From Phaeosaccion multiseriatum (lineage: Eukaryota > Protista > Ochrophyta, other classes): DNA of 64,000 nt. Below are positions 1 to 10,818 of the stretch, in pieces; position 1 is the first letter of the stretch; each line of letters starts with the position of its first letter. The DNA is taken from positions 1,240,001 through 1,304,000 of the forward strand of contig OZ218959.1 of NCBI GenBank assembly GCA_965112735.1. The letters run 5' to 3'. The notes below the pieces were generated by a model. That model had not been told where the DNA came from. It saw nothing but the letters and a program-made list of their open reading frames with translations, and searched no databases. Position numbers and translations under genes: made by a program.

Positions 1-1301
1 CCTTCTCCATGAGCGTCTCTGTGGAAGCCGCCCCATCACAGCGCTCCACAATCTGAACAAGAGAACAAGAGAACAAGAAGGACAAGGAGGAGGAAAAGAG
101 GGGAAGGCAGGCAGACCAAGGCACACGGAACGCATTCCTTCCCTTCGTCAGTCCTCGTCTGTTGCCCTTCTCTTCCGTGCATCCACACCTACATATACAC
201 CTCCACCCCCCGCTCCTGTCTCCCCTTCCTAGCCGTCTCCCTCCTCCCGCCCACTCTCCCTCCCCCTCCCCTGCCCCTCACCTCTACTTGGTTGGTTTTA
301 CAGATGAGCAGATTGAGGCTGGGGAACGTGGTGGCCCCAAGCTGACAGCCCACTCGATACGCGTCGGGATGCTGCACGGAACCACCCCACACCAAGACGC
401 TGTGCTCGAGGAAGCCCACCAGAGTGTCCGAGCAGAGAGTACCGCTGCGGCAAATGCATGGATGTAATGCATGTGGTAGGGGCAGCAGGGACGGGAGGAG
501 GGAGGAGGGCCCATGGAGACGTATGGGGACAAGGAGGGAGGGATGGGAGGGATGGGAGGGGGGTGGAGGAGGGTCGAGGCTAAGGAAGACTCGTCGACAG
601 ACTCGGACAGAGAGACAAGAGAGACAGACACTTGCATCTCTCTCCTTCCATCTCTTCTCATGTTCTTTCGTTCTTGTGTAGAGAAGACCAGGAGAGCGGC
701 ACAGCACGCACCCCCCCCCCCCCCCCCCACACACACACACCTACAGAACTTGTCTGTGTCCTGGTGCAGCGGTGAGTGTAAGTACACCAAAAGGAACTTG
801 TTCTCTCGAGCCGCCTGGGCCACCGCCTCTCGGTAGCTGAGGACGCAGAGGGATGGGACACCACACGCCGAGGAGAGGAGAGAGGAGAGGGGAGAGCAGC
901 GGAACAGGCCGAGGAGAGGATAAGACAAGGACGCAAGGATACGTAAGTGTGTGTGTGGATGAAGGCGTGCACAGCATGGGGGGATGTGTAATGGGGGCAG
1001 CGAGGGGCCGATTCTGTAGGCAGAGGCTGATTCAGTAGGCAGGGAGGTGAGCGACAGACGAGGACAAACACACCCACTCACTCACTCACTCACTCACTCA
1101 CTCACTCACTCACTCACCTATCTGCGATGAAGTCGGGCTTTTGCTCGCGTCCGTACTCCGCCTGTAGGGTCATATGCAACATAAAAGGAACAGACACAGA
1201 TATGGACACAGATATGGGGTGAGGTGACGTCACTTGGCATGAAGCAGCAGCTGGGGGGGGTGCTTGCTGCCTCTGGGCGGCGGGGGCAGCAGGGGGGAAG
1301 G

Positions 1302-1375
<74 letters not shown>

Positions 1376-3221
1376 ATGACAGAGCTACACTGCATGCATG
1401 CACTGGCTCGAACACAAGAGAAAGAGACAATGAAAGAGGCGTGTGGTTGGTTCGTTCTGCCTCCTCTCCTGTCCCGGGCCCTGCCACAGCATCCCACCTC
1501 ACATTATCATCCCCATTACAATACATTACAGCATCAATATATAATACTTAGTATATGTTATGAAACAACACTAATATATAATACATATGTCATGTATGTA
1601 TCCCACCTCCTCCTCCCCATTACGTTACATTACAACACTACTATATAATACATATGTCATGTATGTATATATATCCCACCTCCTCATACCATTCAAATGT
1701 ATCACGGTTGTGTATCCCACCTCCTCATCCCCTGCTTGTCTTGTGTTGCTTGTCTTGTCGCTCACCCCACCCACACTCCCTCACCCTCACGCCCATCCCA
1801 TTGTTAACTGCACCGTTAACTGCACCCCTCACGCCCATCCCATTGTTAACTGCACCGTTAACTGCACCCCTCACGCCCATCCCATTGTTAGCTGCACCGT
1901 TAACTGCACCCCTCACGCCCATCCCATTGTTAACTGCACCCCTCACGCCCATCCCATTGTTAACTGCACCCCTCACGCCCATCCCATTGTTAACTGCACC
2001 CCTCACGCCCATCCCATCGTTAACTGTACCCCTCACGCACCTCAAAGTGCGAGATGAACTTCCTCGCCGCCATGCCTCCATCCCGCACCTCCTCCACGCC
2101 GAGGAGAGAGTTGATGGGTGACAGTGCATAGCCCAGCACCTGAAGGAGGGGGGGGGGGAGCGGTCAGGGCCGGGGCTGCTGGGGGGGAAGGAGGAAGGAG
2201 GGGGGTGCAGGAGTGGGGGCTCACGTCCAGAGGAGAGAGAGAGGTTGGGCAGGCAGAGCGTTGTACGATGGGCGCTGCAAGCAAGAGAGACGTACGGGAG
2301 AAGGGTGGAAGGATGGGTGTTGGGAGGGGAGGGGAGGCACGCGGCGCGAGTAGAGTCCAGGGGCGCCGCTTCACGAGCAGACCGAGGCGACAGTACACCT
2401 GGCCTGAAGCTCTCTTGTGTGCGAAAACACATGTGGCCTCAAAGGCGACAACACACCAGGCCTCACATGAGGCCTCACGCGCTCGCTCTTACCTTAGCCG
2501 CAAGGCGAAAGGGTAACCCCACAATAGTGGAGAGCATCCCGATTTGCCTTGTCCCTTCCCCCCCCCCAGAGGGCCCTGTGGGGGCCATATCCACGCCTAC
2601 ATTGACAAGACCACCCCCACCGCCCCCCGCGCCCCCCCCGCCCATGCCCATGTCTGCCGGTGAGGGTTCAGGCTCGATGCCCTGGGCGCGGAGCTCTGCT
2701 ATCCGCTGCTGCTCTCTGTAGCGGTGCGGGGGGTCGAAGTTGCCCAGCATGAAGGCGTTGATTGCATGGGCAGACTCCCACTGGTACCACTCCAGCATGT
2801 TCCGGGCCTGTGCATCATCTTCGGAGTGTGTCACTTCTTTGAAGGTAAGGATCAGCTGAGGGGAGGGGAGGGAGGGGGGGGGTGAGGGGGAGGGGGAGGA
2901 GGGCAAGAGGAGGGGGTGTATGAGCAGTCTATTGTTCCCTTAAGACAAGAAACGCAGGGGCCAATGAAGAAGGGCCGATAACGGACGCCGAGTGCAGTGG
3001 GAGGGCCTCCCTTGATCGCAGCACGGTGAAACCGCGCGAGGGAAAGCGTCGGACGCCGCTCGGGACGTCAGGAGCAACGTGGAAGCATCCGCACGGCATC
3101 CTCTCTCTCCCTCTCTCTCTCTCCCGCTTCTCTCCTTCGTCCACCATGCCCCCGATCCGCCTTGCCATGCTCCACGGCGGGGCCTCACCTCTTCCTTCCG
3201 CTCCTCCGAGGGTTCCGCCAT
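1..3221 (-). CDS. UAS/UBX-domain protein (FAF2/PUX10-like), multi-exon, 3' end outside the window
   Basis: Spliced exons read MAEPSEERKEE / LILTFKEVTH..WESAHAINAFM (UBA-like) / ..ARKFISHFE / AEYGREQKPDF / SYREAVAQAARENKFLLVYLHSPLHQDTDKFC / TLCSDTLVGFL..VWGGSVQHPDAYRVGCQLGATTFP. This is the UAS thioredoxin-like domain pattern of FAF1/FAF2, with GT-AG introns. Confidence 0.85.
1784..2037. repeat. Intronic minisatellite, 30-bp unit CCCCTCACGCCCATCCCATTGTTAACTGCA with 42-bp variants
   Basis: About 7 tandem units directly visible; it begins next to the minus-strand splice donor near 2041. Confidence 0.95.
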
Positions 3222-3321
3222 CGGTCCCTCCTCTCGATCACGCCCGCACACACCACCACGGCCTCTGGAGCGCAGGCTTTTCCTCTAGGGGAGAGAGCAG
3301 GGGGTGAAGGAGAACAAAAAG

Positions 3322-3340
3322 TTACGTAATGTTTACGTAA
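3322..3340. promoter_or_regulatory. Two TTACGTAA palindromes (bZIP-type ACGT sites) in the divergent UBX/aureochrome promoter
   Basis: TTACGTAA at 3322-3329 and 3333-3340, between ATG 3221(-) and ATG 3543(+). Confidence 0.5.
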
Positions 3341-3542
3341 GGCCTCAATTGGCTGCACTTGATGCACTTGAGGCAAGTACACCTTTGGCTGGGCGAGAGC
3401 TTTCCCACACCAAGGGGGGGTGGCACGCGTCCATTCATCCCTTTGAACGAGCTGTATGGGACTGCGATCGAACCGGTTGTGATCGGTTGCATCTTATTTA
3501 AAACCCCAGAGCTCTTTCCGAGCGGAATTGCAGGAGGTCAAC

Positions 3543-4215
3543 ATGACACCCCCTACCTCAACAGGAGGGCAGCAGCAGGTGATGCAGCCCTCCTTCTCTT
3601 CCTTCGGGATGCAGCAGGAGCAGAGGAACGCCAGTGGCGCGGCGCGAGAGGCCCCGAAAACAACCTGGGCGTCTTGGGGCGAGCCGAGTAAGTCTCTAAA
3701 GCAATTAATTGGGGGGAGAGAGTGTCGTACAGCGGGCGGAGGTGGGGGGTCATGGCGGATGATGCCTCGCCATGCGCAGATACTTGTTCTCTTGAGACAG
3801 TTGCCTCAAGGGGGAGGAGGGAGGCGCTGGGGGCGCCTCGAGAGGAAACATACCGCCAATCAATTCATGTCTCTCCAAGGCAAGGGAATGAAATGAGAAA
3901 GAGCGTGAGCCAAGAGACGTGCTTGGCAATAATGGTGTATTGGCCCCACATTGGTGTGGAGGGCACGTCAGGCGTGTGCTTGCCACTCATTGTCCAACAT
4001 CTACGTCTCAAACATTGCATGAGTGAATTCTCACTTCTCTCCCCCCCCCTCTCTCCTCTGTCCCTGTAACCTCACGACTCAGTGACTGAAACGAGCGAGC
4101 TGGATGTGCTGGACGGGATGGTGGATATCCTCGAATATCAGAACTTCATGCACGGCTTCGAGCCGCAGGCAGGTGCTCAGGGGGGGGCGGCATTTGGAGG
4201 GGGGGGAGAGCCGTC

Positions 4216-4262
<47 letters not shown>

Positions 4263-5599
4263 CACAGCCGGGAGCGCCGTGGGTCGATGGGCTTTCGCAT
4301 GCCCAACCCTTCCAAGGGATGTCAATGCCATTTCAGGAGGGCCTCGTCCCGCATCCGCAGGGACTGACTTTCACAGCGGGAGATGTTATGGCGGCAACAG
4401 CAGCAGCTGGTGATAAAGCGGGGAGCGGCCCAGGGAGGGGTGAAGCCAAGGGTGCGAATCCTGCAGCATTTGGGGTGGGTTCAGGACAGGCAGAGGCAGC
4501 AGCAGGGGGGGCAGAGGGAGGAGGAGGAGGAGGAGAAGAAGAAAGCGCAGCAGAGGCCGTAGAGGCAGCAGGAGCCGGAGGGGCGAAGGTGAAGAAGCGG
4601 CGAAGCACGAACAAGGAGGAGCAGCAGCGGAAGCGCCGGGAGAGGAATCGCATGCTTGCGCGACGAACCCGGCTGCGGAAAAAGTTCTTTTTCCAGTCCT
4701 TGCAGCAGCAAGTAGTGCAGCTGCAGTTTGAGAACCAAAAGCTGAAGGGCATTGTTCGAGCCAAGTGCACTACGCAAAAGTGCACAGAGATTCTGGACAC
4801 GTGCACAACGGAGCTTCCCTCTGTTGTGGCGGACTGCACCAACCAAGCGGCCACGCTACTCGAGCGGGAGGACTTTGTGCTGATGAAGGCGTTACAGAAC
4901 AGTCAGCCCAGCTTCTGCGTAACCGACCCGAACATGCCTGACAACCCCATTGTGCACGCCTCCAATGGCTTCCTAGACATGACTGGGTACCGACGAGAGC
5001 AAGTGTTGGGTCGTAACTGTCGCTTCTTGCAGGGGCCAGACACCGACCCGGATGCCGTGGCGCGGATCCGCGAGGGGGTTGAGATGGCGAGCGACACCAA
5101 CGTGCTGCTGAAGAACTACAAAGCCGACGGCACGCCTTTCTGGAACCACGTGTTTGTGGCGGCGCTGCGCAATGTGAGCGGTGAGGTGGTGAATTATGTG
5201 GGCATTCAGCACCTAGTGGACGAGCCGTCGCAGGGCATGGCAGACAAGGTCAATTCGCAGGCGCTGGAGGCCATCCCCCCCAGCGGAGAGGTTTCAGCGG
5301 CTTCTGCTGCCGCTCCTGCTTTCGCTGCGGAAGCGGTGGCACCCGTTTCAACTGCTCCTGCTGCGGGCGGTGCTGCAGATGTTGGTGGTGCTACTGCTGC
5401 CTCTGCAGGGGGGAGTGCGGTGGTTCCTGCGGCGCAGAAGGAGAACGTCGCAGTTGTCGGTTGCGCGGCTGCTGATGCTGCTGCTGGTGCCGCTCCTGCG
5501 GGGGCGGTGGAGGGCGGCGGGACAGCAGGAGCAGGTGGAGCAGCTGGAGCAGCAGACGGGGCGCCAGCGGACGTGAAGCGAGAGGTAGCCTGGTGGTAG
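3543..5599 (+). CDS. AUREO: Aureochrome (bZIP + LOV blue-light transcription factor); exons about 3543-3687 and 4083-5599
   Basis: bZIP basic region RRERNRMLARRTRLRKKFFFQSLQQQVVQLQFENQKL is followed by LOV SFCVTDPNMPDNPIVHAS..GRNCRFLQG..NYKADGTPFWN..YVGIQ. A phase-1 intron (GTAAGT..CTCAG) joins the exons in frame. Confidence 0.96.
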
Positions 5600-6160
5600 C
5601 GTAGCGTATTAGGAACAGATGGCAAAAAGAGCCAGCAGCAGAGGGACTGAAGGAAGGGACTGAGGCCCCCCGTAGTTTTGGACTAGACATCCATCCATCC
5701 ATCCATCCCACGACGATTAGAGAGGAGAGGTTATTGCGTTTTGAGGCCCGTTTGTATAACGCACATAGTTTTGGTTTTATATCTTAGATGAGGTATACAG
5801 ATAAGATAATATAGACATATACCAGAGAAGAAGGAGGGGAGGGGAGAAAGAGATTCGCCTCTCCTTGGGGAGCTATTAATGGCTTGTAGGAATCAACCTA
5901 GAATTATGACGTGTGACGTGTGTGTTTGTGTATTTGTGCGTGCGTGGCCGCGTGCGTGGCCGCGTGCGTGACCGCGTGCGTGTGTGGAGGGCCCGCTACA
6001 GGCACTTTTTTACACTCCCTCCTGCTGATCGAGGAGGGGGAGCGCCCGGCCGTCGGCCGTCTGGGTCAATTTCAATTTCATTTTCCGTTACTTTTACTCT
6101 TAGGCAGGCTGCAAGAGATCATCAGATCGAGGGGGAGGGCCAGTGCGAGGTAAAAGAAGC

Positions 6161-7776
6161 ATGGTGGCGCACAGGCCTGGAGCGGCAGCAATGGGGAAAA
6201 CTTCACCACTGAAAGCGGGCTTCAAGAAATCCTTTCGAGAGGCAGCGGGGGAGATTCAAGGCGTGATGGCGGGGGAGAGAGGAGAGGAGCAGGGCGAGCG
6301 GCAGGAGGAGGAGAAGGAGGAGAAGGAGAGGGGCGAGAATCGTCCAGAGGACAGTGAAGGAGAGGAGGGAGAAGGGAAGCAGCAGCAGCGGCGGCAAGAT
6401 GAGCAGCGCCTGCAACAGCTGGAGCAGGAGACGGAAAGCAAAGTCATAGATACTGCCATCGTCCTTCAGGAAACAGGGGAGCACCATATCGAGGCCGTGA
6501 CCCAACTCATCTTACGCGGTGGAGGATTCACGGGCTTCGGTGCCGCTGCCTCGGATGGCCTTATCAACCTGAGTGTGCTCTCCCTGAGCAACAACTTGGT
6601 GCGAGACTTGGAGCACTTCCCCAAGCTGCAGCACCTCGTGGAGCTTAATCTCAACTTTAATCGGGTCACTTCCTCGGCCCTCGGCCAGCTGAGGAGCTGC
6701 AGCGCTGGCCTACGCCGGCTGCACCTGAGCAACAACCGCATCACCTCCGTGGAGCCTCTCTCGGGCTTCACCTCCCTCACTACGCTGTGTCTGTATCGCA
6801 ATTACATGACGGACCTGAAGGGCAGTTTGGCGGTGCTGCGGCGTTTGCCCAAGCTGAGAGACTTGTCCCTCGGGGGGAACCCCTGTGCACTGCCCATCCG
6901 CAGCAGCAGCAGGACGACGACGAACACATCGGAGACAACAGGGGGGGCAACAGGAGAAGTAGGCAGCAGTGGAGAGGAATGCGGTGTTGGCGGCTACAAG
7001 CACAGTGTGGTCAAGGCCATCCTTCGACTGGAGGAGCTGGACGGGGAAACGGTGACTCCCCTGGACAGAGAGCTGGCAGTGTTGTACTTCTCCTCCCTCC
7101 CCTCCTCATCCCCCGGCTGCTGCGACAGCCCCCACAATCAGGACCAATCCTCTTCCTCCCCCTGCACTCGGCCCTCCTCCTCCCCATGCGCCTTTGGGAT
7201 CGGATCGGGAGGAGGGCCACGGTCAGAACCTTTCTCTTCTTCATCCGCGCTCCCCTCCACAGCAAGAGGAGATACACACGCAACCCCAATGCTGCCCCGG
7301 GGAAAGGCCAAGCTTCTGGCCTCGGACAGCCTCGATGCAAACCCTGTGTTGCTCACCTATCTGGCGGAGGGCGTGTTGGCTGACCCCTCTGCGGGGCCGG
7401 CGAAGACCGTTCAGGACGTCTCTGATCGACTGGGAGGGCAGGTAGGGTGAAACGTAAGCATTCTTGAGTGTGACGTGGGGTATATAGTAATGTGAAGCCG
7501 TGAACGGGCTTCATTTCCTTCCTTGCTTTTGCGCTTTGATGCTCCATTACTTTGCTTTGGCTTGGCTTGGCTTGGCTTGGTGTGCTCTTTCCTCCTCCAC
7601 ACGCCTGACGTTCATTCCTGCTGGACTGTGCCTACTACTACTCTACTACAGGCCGCAGAAGGGAGGGAGGAAAGCGGTGTCCCCGGCATCCCTCCAGGGC
7701 TGGTGGGCAGCAGCCTCCCCGACAGATTAAGGGGCATTGCCCGCCACAATGTAGCCCCTGAGCAGGCAGCGGAACA

Positions 7777-7820
<44 letters not shown>

Positions 7821-9970
7821 GAGGAGGAGGAGGAGGAGATGGCATGCGCGGTGGTGTGTGCAACAGCTCCGAATCTGCCTCCTTGTGTCCATCGACTTCG
7901 GCTGGGCCCAAGGCAGCAAGGCCACTCGCCTCGACCACCGCTTGGAGCGAGGAATGTTCAGCAGGAGTAGCCGCAGCCGTTGGTGATACACCAGGAGGCG
8001 CTTCCCTGGACCCATCCGACCCGTTCACTACGATTCGGAAGCTTCTTCGTCTCGTGGAGACTCTACAGGGTGAGAGAGACGCAGCCGCCGCCGCCGCAGT
8101 GCAAAGGGGGGGGGGGCATGGCGGTGGGAGAAGCTTTGGCTTCTCGTCGCCCCCGCCTCCACCTCCCCTTCCTGCTTGTCCACAGACAGAAGAGGGGGAG
8201 TACGAGTTTGAGTTCGGGCCTGAGTGTGCGAGAGGAGAAAAGGACGCGGTGGCAGCACAAGTTGGTGATACGGTGGAGGAGGGAGAGGCGGGCTTTGTGG
8301 AACTGGCGAGCCTTGAGGCGGAGCTTCGGATGCTGCGCACAGAGAATCAGAACATGCACATTCTGCAGGAGGAGAATCGCAGCTTGAGGCTCCAGTCGGA
8401 GCTGGTGACAGAGCTGCAGAGAGAGAACGGGGAGCTCAGGCGCAAGAACAAGGCCCTGGAGCAGCAGGGGGTGGAGCTGGGGGAGGACTTGGGGGTGGCG
8501 CATGCCCAACTACAGCAAGCGATTCTGCAGAGCACCTTCGGAGGGGAGGGTGACGTCATCGTCGCAGCTGCTGCGGGGGGGGGTCACGGCAGCAGCAGTA
8601 GCAGCCGCTGCAGCAGCAGTAGCAGCAGTCGCGTGGGCAGCACTAGCAGGTGTGGTAGTGGTCGCAGTCTGAGCCACCAGAGCGGCGGCGGCGGCATCAG
8701 TCGAGGCAGTGGAAGGAGTGGAAGGAGTGGTTGTGCGTCGTCGTCGTCGCCAAGCCTGGGCCTGGGCCTAAGCCTGCAGAGGCCGAGTACGGCAAGAGAC
8801 GTCCTCGAAGCGTGCGGGGACGTGGATGAGGAGCTGACGGAACTGTTCCGCAGGAATGAGAGCATGATGGAGCAGATACATAGGGAGGTTACTTTAGCCA
8901 AGCTCGAGCTCGATCAGGCCGAGAGCCAGCACCACCTACCCCCCGGGGGCGGGTGGAGGGGTGAGACGAGTCCGCGGATGAGCGAGGTGCTAGTGCTGGG
9001 GGGGGAGGAGGAAGAGGGGAAGGAAGAGGAGGAGAGGACGGGGCAACAAGAGCAAGACGGGGGTAGTAGAAGCAACGGCAAAGGCGAAGTGGCGGTGATC
9101 GGCGGAGGAGGAGAGGGCGACAAGAAGCGCGATGGTGGCGAAGGGGTGGTTGGTGTTGGGCGGCCGAGCAGAAGCAAGGGCCAGGCCGGCAGCACCCGTC
9201 TGAGCTACAGCGGTGTGGACATCCCCGCCCTGGCCATTCCCGCCGCCTCGGCCTCAGGTGGGGCATGTCCTGCATCGTATTCTTCGCGTTCGCCTTCAGT
9301 GGCGGCACCATGGTCGTCACCATCACCGTCGTCCTCCTCCTCTGTGCCCATGAAGGCCTTGCTGGCCCAGAGAAGCCTTGTGTCCCGCGGGGGAGGTAGG
9401 CCGGGCTCGGCCGTTGGATCAGACGAAGGGCAGGGGCAAGGGGCGAGGAGCGGCAGCCCCAGAGGAGGGAGCACCACCGCCACTGCCACTGGTGCCTCTT
9501 TGCCTGCGTCTGCACGTGTGAGGGGTGAGCTGTGCTCGCCTTTGCACGTGGGCGTTTTGACGGCGCGAAGCAAGCCGCTGCTGTCCGACAGCGCCAAGAA
9601 CAGGAACACCTCCAGCAGTCATATGGGCAGTGTGTCCGATGGAGAGGGAGAAGAGGAGGGGAAGGGGAAGGAGCAGGAGGAGCAAGAGGAGGGGGAGGAG
9701 GAGGAGGAGGAGAAGAAGAAGAAGAAGAATAAGAAGAAGAAGAAGGAGAAGAAGAAGAAGAAGGAGGAGGAGGAGGAGGAGGAGGAGGAGGGGGAGGAGG
9801 AGGAGGAGGAGGAGGAGGAGGAGGAGGAGGAGGACGACGACGACGAGAAGGAGCTTGATGAGTCAATGCGGCGGACGAAGGGGCACACGTCCGTCCTGGA
9901 GTTGGGGTTGGGGGGAGGACATATAACCGTCCACGCCGCAAACGCCAGTGTCCTGTTGCTCGACACATGA
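6161..9970 (+). CDS. SDS22-like leucine-rich-repeat protein with LRRcap, coiled coil and low-complexity C-terminus; exons about 6161-7441 and 7652-9970
   Basis: Repeats LxxLxLxxNxI (LSVLSLSNNLV, LVELNLNFNRV, LRRLHLSNNRI, LTTLCLYRNYM, LRDLSLGGNP), LRRcap YKHSVVKAILRLEELDG, and heptad coiled coils in the second ORF. Confidence 0.8.
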
Positions 9971-10233
9971 GGCACACAGATACCCACACATGAATCAATA
10001 CATGTACATGCTCACAGCTCACATCCCTCGTCGCGCGGTCGCTTGCTGATCTCAGTAGTTTACGCAATCTTTCGTAATGGCAAACGTGTGTATAAGTGCC
10101 AGTAGGCTTCCAGGCCTTGTTGCTCCTCACATTCCGACGGCTGGACAGGTCGTCTTCGTTGTACGAAATCAGATAAAAATGCGTCAAAGTGCGTCAAAGT
10201 GGGTCAAATGGGGGCAATAAGGGGTTCAAACAC

Positions 10234-10493
10234 TCGGCCCCTGACATGCTTCTGAGACAGGCCAGCCCAGAAGCAGGAAGCAGGCCGGCTGCGCGGAAGC
10301 AGGAAGCAGCCTTGGCCCTCATCATTGCCTTACTACATGGCTTTCCCCCAGAACCTGGAACCTGCCTGGCCGGCTGGCACTGGCCAGAAGCAGGAAGCAG
10401 GCCGGCTGGCGCCGGCCAGAAGCAGGAAGCAGGGTCGCCTCAGTCAGCCTGCCTAACCAATCACAAAAACCTCAGAAGCATGTCAGGGGCCGA
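10234..10493. mobile_element. MITE-like element, 260 bp, with perfect 23-bp terminal inverted repeats
   Basis: TCGGCCCCTGACATGCTTCTGAG (10234-10256) and its reverse complement (10471-10493); internal CCAGAAGCAGGAAGCAG occurs 3 times; flanks AAACAC / AAACAT. Confidence 0.75.
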
Positions 10494-10818
10494 AAACATG
10501 GAGTCACGCGTCAAGAAAGGTGGGGGCGAATGGATTGCTAAAGTATGGGCTCTCTTTGGTGTCAGGACCCTCCGGCAACAAAACAGACAAGAGGGGGGGA
10601 TAAAAAAGAGAGGGGGAAAGAGAGGGGGAGAGAGAGAGGTAACCCTAGCAGGAGAAGAAGTAGAAGCTGGGACAGCAGCAGCAACCGCAGCATTAGGCGT
10701 GGAGCAGCAAACAGAAGCAAACAGAAGCCAAACAGAAGTAAGGGGAGAGGGGAGACCGGAGGGAGGGACACCTGCTTGGTGATCGAACGCATATCTCCGG
10801 TGGTGCTGCTCGAGCCAT

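Noticed and set aside
1784-2037. CRISPR-like array
   Set aside because: Units are head-to-tail with no unique spacers, there are no cas genes, and it lies in a eukaryotic intron.
10189-10782. 197-aa ORF as a transposase of the MITE
   Set aside because: It extends beyond the TIRs, is repeat-derived and has no DDE or DNA-binding motifs.
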